From positions 1,638 through 65,637 of the forward strand of contig JANTFT010000006.1 in NCBI GenBank assembly GCA_024763275.1: a stretch of 64,000 nucleotides of DNA. Reading direction: 5' to 3'. Within the stretch, counting starts at the first letter, position 1. Each line of letters starts with the position of its first letter. A model generated the notes under the pieces. The model was given only the letters and a program-made list of their open reading frames with translations. It did no database searches and was not told the DNA's origin. The position numbers and the translations under genes are program-made. Below, piece after piece: positions 47,426 to 56,900 of this stretch. This stretch comes from Anaerolineales bacterium. GTDB taxonomy: Bacteria > Chloroflexota > Anaerolineae > Anaerolineales > UBA11858.

Positions 47426-47479
47426 CTAACAGGATTTTTAGGTTAGAGGGGTTGACCAAAAAGGGTGGAATGCTACACT
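47426..47479 (+). promoter_or_regulatory. locus-specific inverted repeat + promoter module (copy D)
   Basis: CTAACAGGATTTTTAGGTTA, TTGACC (47452-47457), 16 nt, TGCTACACT (47471-47479). Confidence 0.6.
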
Positions 47480-47543
47480 GACAACGCATCACCATCAGGT
47501 GAAGTGAAAAAAGTAAAATTCAATTTTATTTTGGAGGAATATT

Positions 47544-47921
47544 ATGAACTCAGTTATGAAATTTCGATATCGGATTTTAGCCCTTCTGGTTCTTGGAGTA
47601 ATCCTGAGTGCAGCCACCTATGGCTTTGCCGCTGCGAACAGTGTTCCCGACGGTGTTGCCGGCGAAGGTTCCGGAGCGATCTCTGGTTATACGGTTTCCA
47701 ACGTTGTCTACACTCTGGACAGCTCAGATCCCACTCAATTCGCCAGTGTTGCCTTTACCCTGGACGCGAATGCATCGGATGTATATGCAGGTATTGGGAA
47801 CGGATCTGTTATCTACTGGACCAGCTGCGCAGGCGGCCCCACTAATTTCACCTGTGATCTGACCAGTTCTACAGTCAGTGTTGCCGCTGCAATCGAACTG
47901 CATGTCTCTTCCGTGCAGTAA
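47544..47921 (+). CDS. small secreted protein, paralog S2 (SipW-type-like signal region)
   Basis: GGAGG RBS at 47533-47537. MNSVMKFRYRILALLVLGVILSAATYGFAAANSVP..ISGYTVSNVVYTLDSSDPTQFASVAFTLD..C..NFTC..LHVSSVQ. Confidence 0.75.
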   Translation: MNSVMKFRYRILALLVLGVILSAATYGFAAANSVPDGVAGEGSGAISGYTVSNVVYTLDSSDPTQFASVAFTLDANASDVYAGIGNGSVIYWTSCAGGPTNFTCDLTSSTVSVAAAIELHVSSVQ

Positions 47922-47949
47922 TCCCCTGGTTTGCAAATAAAAGAGAATA

Positions 47950-47984
47950 GAGGGGCGTGGTAAGGTACAATTACCGCGCCTCTC
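47950..47984 (+). terminator. strong hairpin between S2 and the signal-peptidase gene (terminator/attenuator candidate, no U-tract)
   Basis: 14-bp stem GAGGGGCGTGGTAA / TTACCGCGCCTCTC (two G:U pairs) with a 7-nt loop. No T-run follows. Confidence 0.4.
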
Positions 47985-48000
47985 TCTGTAAATAGAAAAC

Positions 48001-50361
48001 ATGATCTTGTTTGTTCGAAAAAATTTCCGAATTATCCTGATTTTCACGGTACTGGCAGTTGTACTGTGGATATTATTTGCGCCCCTGAAGCTGGGAGGCC
48101 AGGTATCCTATGTAATTATCACAGGGAACAGCATGGAACCGGAGATTGAGTTTGGAGATCTTGTGATAGCCAGGGCAGCGTCGAGCTATCAGCTTGACGA
48201 CCGGGTTGTTTACCGTCATCCCCAGGTTGGTTTTGTATTCCACAGGATCATCGGTCGGGACGATAATACTTTTACATTAAAGGGTGATAATAATGAATGG
48301 ACGGATTCTTATCACCCCCTGAAGAGTGATATTATTGGCAAGTACTGGTTCTTGATACCAGGGGGTGGAGCTGCAATTAATAAACTCCGCGAGCCAGTGT
48401 TCTTTGTTATTTTTACCCTTATAATTCTTTTAGTGATTGCGTTCATCTTCTTATTCCAGAGAAAAGAAATTCCTCTAAAGAAGTTGCGCTCGAAAAGGCA
48501 TCTTATGGACACTCAACAAACTCCTTCTACCGGTGAATTCCGCCAGGAAATACTGCTGGTTTTAGGTATCATAGCCATCGCCGCTCTGATATTCGGGGTG
48601 ATTTCTTTTACCCGTCCTCAAACCAAATCCATTGCGGATAACCTGACCTTTGAACATAGCGGTGGATTTGAATATAGCGCTCAGGACCAGGACAATATCT
48701 ACGATAGTGAACAGATCAAGACTGGCGAACCGATCTATCTGCTGCTTACGTGTGATATGAATATGGATTATTCCTATGAGTTTCTGGCCCAGAGGATGAC
48801 GAACAAAGAAGCAGAGCAGATAACCGGAACCTATCGGGTTGATGCATTGTTATCTGATATTGATGGCTGGGAACGCTCCTTTTCCCTGATATCGGATACG
48901 GATTTCAAGGGGTCTTCTTTTAAATCCAATATGGATCTGGATCTATGTGATATCCGTTCCCTGATCATTGAAAAAGAGGAAAAAACCGAAGCAAAGAATC
49001 GCTGGTACAACCTGACTATCTTACCAAATGTAAAACTCCAGGGCAGTATAGAAGGCCATCCTTTTCAGGAGAACTATCAAGCAGCGATCAATTTCCAGAT
49101 CGACACGAATATCATGAGGTTGCCTGATGGTCTTGACGGAATCGTCCTGAACCAGGAAGGTATGATTGAAAACTCGCGGGAAGTACCCAACACGATGCTG
49201 ATATTTGGTAGGGAGATCAGTGTGAAAGATGCCAGGAGAATTGGAGTGATCGTCTTCATACTCTCCCTGCTTGGAGCAGTTTATCCAGCCTGGTCCTTGA
49301 TCAGGGACATCAGATTTTCTGACGTATCACGAATCCAGGTCCAGTATTATCCTTTATTGGTGGATATTGAAGGAGGAAACCCTGCTAATCAGGCTGAACA
49401 GGTAGTTGCAGTAGCTTCCTTTTCCGATCTGACAAAAATGGCTGAGCGATATGGAGCAATGATCATGCATGAAAGGTTAGGGAGTTATCACCGCTACTCA
49501 ATTCAGGATGATCAAACAGTCTATCAATACGCCATCGAAGTGTTCAAGGAAGGATCTCTCTTCCCTAATATGAACGATTTTAAGAAATCAATCAGGCAGG
49601 CTATCGATGAAAACCAGCTCGAGCTGTACTACCAACCTGTAGTACGACTCCAAGATAAAGCAATTGTTGGGGTTGAAGCGTTCCTGCGCTGGTCACACCC
49701 AGAATTTGGAATACTGTATCCTGCTGATTTTATCTCCCATGCTGAAGAGGCCGACCTGATAGCAGATATCGATCGCTGGGTGTCCAGAAAGATCTGTTGG
49801 CAGATTCACAAATGGAAAAATGAAAACGTTCCGCTTGTTCCAATTTCGGTCAATCTTTCCCCGGAGACGATAGTAAGCAACGAGTTCATTCGTGGTTTTC
49901 TGGCCACCATGCTTGAAAACCAGTGCGATCCGGGTCTGATTCAAATAGAGATAAACCGATCCAATCAAGTCTTTCAGAGTGAAAAAGTAATGGATCATAT
50001 AAACCAGCTACATGAGGTCGGAGTCCGCCTGGCGGTAGATGACTTTGCGACAGATGCTGCGAATCAGATTAATCAGATATTACAGATGCCAATAAATACA
50101 ATCAAGATTGATCGAACTGTCATCCAGGAAATCACTGGAAACCCTAAAACTCAACGGCTGGTCGGTGCAATCGCCACAATGGCAAAAGGACTTGATATGG
50201 ATGTCGTCGCTCAGGGCGTCGAATCGGAAGAAGATTTGAAAGTCCTTAAAGCACAGAAGATAGAGATTGCCCAGGGATTCTATCTTGGTAATCTGGTCCA
50301 GGCTCAGGGGTTGGTTGACTTGTTAGAAAAACCGGTAGGATCCAAAACTAAAGAGGGGTAA
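48001..50361 (+). CDS. SipW/ER-type (Ser-His) signal peptidase I fused to an unknown extracytoplasmic domain and a C-terminal degenerate EAL domain
   Basis: aa 41-47 TGNSMEP, aa 81-83 HRI and aa 94-98 KGDNN form the archaeal/SipW-type S26 signature. Four predicted TM segments (aa ~10-30, 133-152, 184-203, 414-434). aa ~530-775 carry EAL-domain motifs YYQPVV, VEAFLRW, SVNLS, EINRS, DDFATDAA, KIDR, AQGVES, AQGFYLG. Confidence 0.85.
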   Translation: MILFVRKNFRIILIFTVLAVVLWILFAPLKLGGQVSYVIITGNSMEPEIEFGDLVIARAASSYQLDDRVVYRHPQVGFVFHRIIGRDDNTFTLKGDNNEWTDSYHPLKSDIIGKYWFLIPGGGAAINKLREPVFFVIFTLIILLVIAFIFLFQRKEIPLKKLRSKRHLMDTQQTPSTGEFRQEILLVLGIIAIAALIFGVISFTRPQTKSIADNLTFEHSGGFEYSAQDQDNIYDSEQIKTGEPIYLLLTCDMNMDYSYEFLAQRMTNKEAEQITGTYRVDALLSDIDGWERSFSLISDTDFKGSSFKSNMDLDLCDIRSLIIEKEEKTEAKNRWYNLTILPNVKLQGSIEGHPFQENYQAAINFQIDTNIMRLPDGLDGIVLNQEGMIENSREVPNTMLIFGREISVKDARRIGVIVFILSLLGAVYPAWSLIRDIRFSDVSRIQVQYYPLLVDIEGGNPANQAEQVVAVASFSDLTKMAERYGAMIMHERLGSYHRYSIQDDQTVYQYAIEVFKEGSLFPNMNDFKKSIRQAIDENQLELYYQPVVRLQDKAIVGVEAFLRWSHPEFGILYPADFISHAEEADLIADIDRWVSRKICWQIHKWKNENVPLVPISVNLSPETIVSNEFIRGFLATMLENQCDPGLIQIEINRSNQVFQSEKVMDHINQLHEVGVRLAVDDFATDAANQINQILQMPINTIKIDRTVIQEITGNPKTQRLVGAIATMAKGLDMDVVAQGVESEEDLKVLKAQKIEIAQGFYLGNLVQAQGLVDLLEKPVGSKTKEG

Positions 50362-50377
50362 GGAGTCCTTGATCAGC

Positions 50378-50836
50378 ATGAGACTGAAATGGCGACCGCT
50401 GGCGGCTTTTATGTTTTTGATTTTTGCAGTACTGGTGGTCGTGTCTGTAATGAACGCTTTTGCTACTGCCAACACTGTTCCTCAAACCAGAGCTGATAAG
50501 AACAGTATAGGTCTGGGAGTCAATGAGCTCCAGCCGCCAGAATGTGTCGGGTTGGGGTTGACCAATATCGTAGATATCGGTGCTGGTGAAACGGGTACAA
50601 GCGCCAATGATCTGATACTAGGGACAGCTAATTCTGACGCTGTGATCAGGGGCGGGGCAGGAAATGACTGTATCCTTGGCGGGGCAGGAAATGAACGACG
50701 TTGGTTTTTCTTCTTCTGGATTCCAGGTATTTTTGGGGACGAAGGAAACGATGTGATTATTGGCGGTCCCGGAAATGATGTGTGTTATGGCGGGGCTGGT
50801 AATGACATTTATTACGGCTGTGAAATAACATACTAG
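50378..50836 (+). CDS. small secreted protein S3 with RTX-like GGxGxD repeats
   Basis: AAGGAG RBS at 50360-50365. The signal region ...VVVVSVMNAFATANTVPQT resembles S2 (AAANSVP). Repeats are GGAGNDCILGGAGNE...GDEGNDVIIGGPGNDVCYGGAGNDIYYG. Confidence 0.65.
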   Translation: MRLKWRPLAAFMFLIFAVLVVVSVMNAFATANTVPQTRADKNSIGLGVNELQPPECVGLGLTNIVDIGAGETGTSANDLILGTANSDAVIRGGAGNDCILGGAGNERRWFFFFWIPGIFGDEGNDVIIGGPGNDVCYGGAGNDIYYGCEITY

Positions 50837-50920
50837 AAATCATATTTCCAAACTACCCAAATAGGCTACAGGAGATATTTCTGGTATATACCTGAACAAA
50901 CCACTTTGATTGTTTTATTT

Positions 50921-50949
50921 TTATTGTTTCCACTCTCCAATGTTATAAT
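50921..50949 (+). promoter_or_regulatory. candidate extended -10 promoter of the giant adhesin gene
   Basis: TGTTATAAT at 50941-50949 with TTATTG at 50921-50926 (17-nt spacer), about 30 nt upstream of the ORF start. Confidence 0.4.
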
Positions 50950-50980
50950 TCCCTAATAATGCAAACATTCTATCCGGTGT

Positions 50981-53900
50981 GTGTCTATGATTCCCGCTTC
51001 GAGTAATATAACAACAAAGCACTTCCGCTGGCTTGGATATTTAACAGCTATCATATTAAACGTTTTCCTGCTGGTAGATTTACCATCCCCAAGCCTGGCA
51101 AAGCCATTAGCGGCAGCTGCTCCTGCGGTGACAATTGCTCCCTCGTCAGTGATGATCGGCGAGGATTTTGATTTTTTGGTCACCTTTAACAATACCGGAA
51201 CAGATTCTGGTTACGGGCCGTTCATTGATCTGGTATTCCCGTACACCGGCCAGGACGGCGATGACGGGATCGAATATTATTCTTCCTCCTATCTGGGTGC
51301 GTCCCTGGAAGATGACATCCAATACTTCCCGGATCAAGGCGGGGGGTGGGGATGTGTCACTCATCCCTGGCTGCGTGATAATACCGGAAGCTATGTGGAC
51401 GTTTGTGGAAGAGCAGGTGACCAGTTTGTCTCCATCCGTCTGCCGTTCGGATCCTTCACACCCGATCAGCCCCAGCTGGATATCACTGTGAACGCCCACT
51501 TGAGCATTAATGCTGATCTTAATCCAGGATTGTTCATCTATGGCCGGGGTGGATTTATGTTTGGCGAAACCCCAGAAGATGATTGGTGCTGCGGTGACAC
51601 CCCCTTTGCGGTCCCCAATGGTACAGACAGCACAACCTGGCCAGCGACCCCGGTCACACCCCAGGTGATAACCTTCAGCAAAGCCTATACCGGCCCGGGC
51701 AATACCGAGGACGAGACTTCCACCGGCCCGAATTTCCCCCGCCAGTATACCCTGACTGTCGATATCGCCAGCGGCCAGACCCTTACCAATATCGAGATCC
51801 AGGACCAGCTGCCGGATAACGTCCAGTTCATCGGCATCGACGCCGGGGGTACCACAGCTGGTTATACTGTGACCTCCCTGCCGAGTACCTCCACTCCAGG
51901 AGGGACGTTGTCCTTGAATTACGCCAGCGGAAGCGGGACGGTAGTGGTCACCTATGACTTTTATATCCCCGAATTGTATGACCAGGATGGGGACACGCTC
52001 TTTGATGAGCCGGTGATCGATCCACTCTCCGGCGATGATGTCTCTTCAGCCAATATCGCCTGGGTGGATGCTTCCTGGGATCCAGTAGACCCCCGTGATC
52101 CAGTAGCGCCCCTTACTTCCGATGCCACCTGCCCGACCTGCCCGCCGCTGCACACCCTGATGGATAAATCGCTGGCTATCCAGAAAAGCGTGGCTGTTGT
52201 GCCTGGCACCGGCGGAGGCCCGTTAGGCGACCAGGTTGCCCCGAATGCGATCCTGGAGTATACCCTTTCAATCCAGGTTTCAGATTACTTCACATTGGAC
52301 AATCTGGTTGTCACCGATACGATCTCGGATGGCCAGCATGTTTTACCTGCCTCGACCTTCACACCTACGGTCCAGGTCAGCAGCAACCCGGGGGCTTTTG
52401 GCCCGCTAGCGTTTAACAGCTCGAATTATGAAATTAGCTGCGATTACACTGGCGCTACAATTACAGCACCTCCTCCTACAGAATGCACCATTGTCACGGG
52501 GGGTGCGACCGGTCAGACAACACTCACGTTCAGGCTGTCAGATGAGATCAATGCTAATTTGTCTGATGGGACGATGCGGGGTGGATGTGTCAATCCGGTT
52601 TCTCCCTTTGGTCTGTACTCACCCTGCGATCGCTCCAACCTGCGTGATGGGCCAACGACTGCAACGATCATTTATAGAGCCAAGGTGCTGGACCAATTTG
52701 TGGATGATTATCCTTCGGGCGATATCAGTGTTGACCAGGGAGATGAACTGGATAACACAGTGGACGTGACTGGAGATGTGCTAGACAACACTTCAGGTGG
52801 AGTAGTTGGAGTGGAGTCTGATGATGCCGCAGCCGGCACAGCCATCGGACGTGAAACCCTGTCTAAATCAATTTACGCCATAAATGGCGAGACAAATTCA
52901 GCTCTCTGGGATCGGGATGCGCTTGGTCGGGTCAGGGTAAATCCCGGGGATGTTGTGACATACGAGCTGGAATATGATCTATTGACCTCTGACGTCGAAG
53001 AACTTACCTTTGACGATTATTTCCCGCTGCCGGTTTTTGATGTTACCGACCCTGATGATGATGGTGCTGCTGGTCCTTCCTGGACATTCTCGAGTTCAGG
53101 GGGTATTCCTGCCCCGGGAGTTGTTGGTTTGCTCCTGCCCGGAGACACCTTTTATCAGTATATGACTGATGGGTTGAGTGGGGGTACGGGCACACTATCG
53201 CCCTCGACCAATAACCCAATTCCCACGCAGGATCCTGTGATCACGGCAGATGGCCTGAACAACAAGATCAATATCTATTACGCGGATTATGATGATACCC
53301 GCAATCAGTCCAAGACCGTGGATCTGCTGATCTCGATCACAGTTTCTGACGATCCCTTTGCGGACGGTCTGTTCCTGACCAACATGGCCCATGCCTTTGA
53401 GGGCAGCACCAATGCGGGCACGAATACCGAAAATGCGATTATCCAATTTGTGCTCGGTGAGCCGGTGCTGGTATCAACCAAAGGGATTATATGGTCCAGT
53501 AATGCAGATGCCAGTGTTGTGTTCGATCCCCTCCCGGCTGGCCCGGTTGGTATTACATTCCAGGACCCCTCTTTTGCACCCCGCTGGACAGGAACTCCAG
53601 GAATCATCAATTCCAGCGGCCTGGCTGCCAACCCGATCGACAGCGATCTGAGCGGCGTTGACGCTAGTGACACGGTCACCTTTGCCATCACGATTGAAAA
53701 TCAGGGCAGCAGTATCAACGGCGCCTTTGACATCCAGCTCAGAGATATGATCGATACCGCTTTTTACCAGGTTCCTGCTACTGGAGCTGATCTGAACCTA
53801 CAGGTTTATTACGGGGATGGCACTGGCCCAATTGCGTATAGATCTATCAGGCTCAACGGACCGAATCCGTTCTGCACGGCGAGCGCTAATGCCGATGATT

Positions 53901-56900
53901 GCGGCCTGGAATTATTTAACCAGGGCATCGAGCTGATCGATCCGGTCGGAGCAGGGGTCTGCTCTGCGCATGATCCCAATCTTGGCAATAACGTCATCCT
54001 CATCACTTATGATCTGGTCCTCAGGGATGATGTCAACCCTGGGCAGGCTCTGAACACGTCCTCTGTGTTCCATTATGCCGGCTCGGAGGGAGGGCCGAAT
54101 CACCTGGAGGGGGTCAATCCCCTGGAGGATGACGCCACCGTAGATGTGATCGGTGGGCTGGAAAAGACCCTGGTGGAGACGGAGATTGTCTCAGCCACCA
54201 ATGTGGATGATTTTATCAATGATATCTATGAGGCTGTCATTGGAGAATTGGTCACTTACCGGATCTCCGCCATTGTTCCTGAGGGGGAAGTGCCTGGAGC
54301 CAGGCTGGTGGATCATCTTGACGGTGGGCTGGCCTTTGTCTCCTGTGATGCTGCTGTCATTCCCAACCCGGCTGCTTCAGTGGGGATCTCAACTGATTTT
54401 GGCTCTGGCTCGACAACCGACTTTTCCAGTGTTTGCCCTGCGACCGAGGCTTCCGGAGTATCCAATAACGGACAGGATATCGTTTTCGATCTGGGGAACC
54501 TGGTCAACAGCGATCGGAACAACACTACCGAAGAACGGATCGTGATCACCTACCAGGTGGTTGTGCTGAATGTGAGCGGGAATCAGGCCGGGACACTCCT
54601 TGATAATCAGGTTGATTTCACGATGAATGCTGGCTCTGGCGACGTGGTGCTGGCGACAGCCGACGCCCAGGATGTGACGGTCATCGAACCGGCAGTAATA
54701 ACTGAGAAATACACCCCGGCCGGGACGACCGGTACATCCACAAGCGGTGATGCTGGCGATCCGGTGTCCTACACGATCACGCTTAGCAATCCATCCACCC
54801 CGGCGGATACGGATGCCTTTGATGTGGAATTCAATGACAGTTTCCCGATGTGCCCGGACCCAACCGACGGGTCGGCGGTGCGTGACCTGGCAATCGATTC
54901 CCAGAGCGGCGGGGCCACTTTTATTCTGACCGGGGACAATACAGCCGGGTGGCAGTTGAGCGCCACTTATGATGGCGCTCCTGGAACTCCGATCGATTTT
55001 GCCCCGGGGGAGACGGCCACTGTCGATCTCTCCGGGACGCTGGCCTATTGTGTCACTCCGGGATTGTCGGTCGACAATACCGGGAATACGACCTGGACCA
55101 GTCTGAGCGGGGATTATGCTTCGGTGGCCCGATCGACCTATAACCCGGACGCCCTGGAGCGGACGGGCGGGGATGGCGTGAACGGTGCCCTGAATGATTA
55201 TGCCAGCCAGGCTACAGCGAGCGCTGTGATTGTCAACCCGACCAACACCAAATACATCATCAGCACCTCAGAAGCCCATACCGGCCTGGTGAACGGGCTG
55301 GAAAATCTGGCCATTGGGGAGATCGTCCGCTTCCGCCTGGTGTCTGTCATTCCTGAAGGAACCAGCCCGAACTTCCAGATCAGGGATCTGCTGCCCGGGG
55401 GATTGATATTCCTGAACGATGACACATCTGTGGTCGCCTTTGTTTCCGATGGTGGCATCACGTCTTCGCCAGCTGGAACTCTTCCTGTACCGGCTGTCCC
55501 CAATATCTGCAACCAGGTCGGTTCAACTGCGGATGCCAGCACCCCGGTGATGGATCCGGCGAACTGCACCCTGGCCGACAACAATGTCAGCAGAAGCCCC
55601 AGCACCAGTCTGGACGGGGATGATGTCTTTGCCGTGCCGGGAAGGGATGTCTATTTCAAACTGGGCGACCTGGTCAACAACGACAGCGACGCGGATTCCG
55701 AGTATGTAGTGATCGAGTTCAACGCCCTGGCGCACAACTTCAGCACGAACCAGAACGATTTTGGGGATACTGTCACCAATCAGAGCCAGGTCTACATCAC
55801 AGGCAGCCCCAATGGCGGTCTGTCAACAGCTGCAACGCTAAGAGTTGCTGAGCCAGTGATCAGCGTGACCAAATCCCTGGTTCCTCCTCTGCCAGTAGAT
55901 GCTGGCGACCCCATCCAATATGAGATCGTTTTCAGCAATGCGGCCTCGGGTGATGCCGGGGCTACCGCTTATGACCTGGAGCTGACAGATACTTTCGATG
56001 CCTATCTCGAAGCCCTGACCATATCCTCCGTCAGCACAACGCAGGGTGGGGTCTGTGTGGGAGATGGAGCAGGGACAACAGCCTTCACTCACTCGGAATC
56101 TCTGGCAGCGGGCGCCCTGACAGTGGACCTTTCCTGCCTGGATCCGGGCGAGAGCGTCACGGTCAACGTGACCGGCAATGTGGTTGATAATGTTCCTGCC
56201 GGCACAACGCTGCTTAACAGCGCTGTGGGGACAGGGACCAGCCTGGAGGGCGCCAACGGCACGACTGGCAACTCCACGGGCTCTGACACCCCCGGAGCAT
56301 CCGGATTGGACACAGGAGAACGCGACGGCAGCGATAGCGATACAGGCGGCCCCGATGATTATTATGATGCCGGTACTGCCAACCACAGCCTGGCCGTCCC
56401 TGTGATAAGCAAGTCCGTTGAGCCACCCGGTGAGTGGACCATCGGGGAAAGCTTCACCTACGACCTGGTCATTACCCTTCCGGAAGGCGTCACGCCGGAT
56501 ATGGTGGTCTATGATGACATACCGGATGGACTGGAATTCGTCAGCTACAACCTGATCACCACCACAGCCGGTGCTGGCAGTTTGCTGGTGGAGGATTTTG
56601 ATGGTACTCTGCCATCTCCTGTTGTGACCGCGGCAGGGGGCTCTGGTGGAGACCTGGAATTGGACTTCGGGGATACCACCACAAACGAGGAATATCCCAA
56701 TAACACAAACAACAACAGCTTCCAGGTTCAGATCACCGTTCAGGTCCTGAACATTGCCAGCAATCAGAACGGGGTCGTCCTCACCAACCAGGGCGAGCTG
56801 CGCTATTCCAGCGGCACAACTGCGACAGGCACAGTGGACATTGAAATCATTGAGCCGGTTCTGAACATCGCTAAAACGGTGGATGACGATACCCCGGGTC

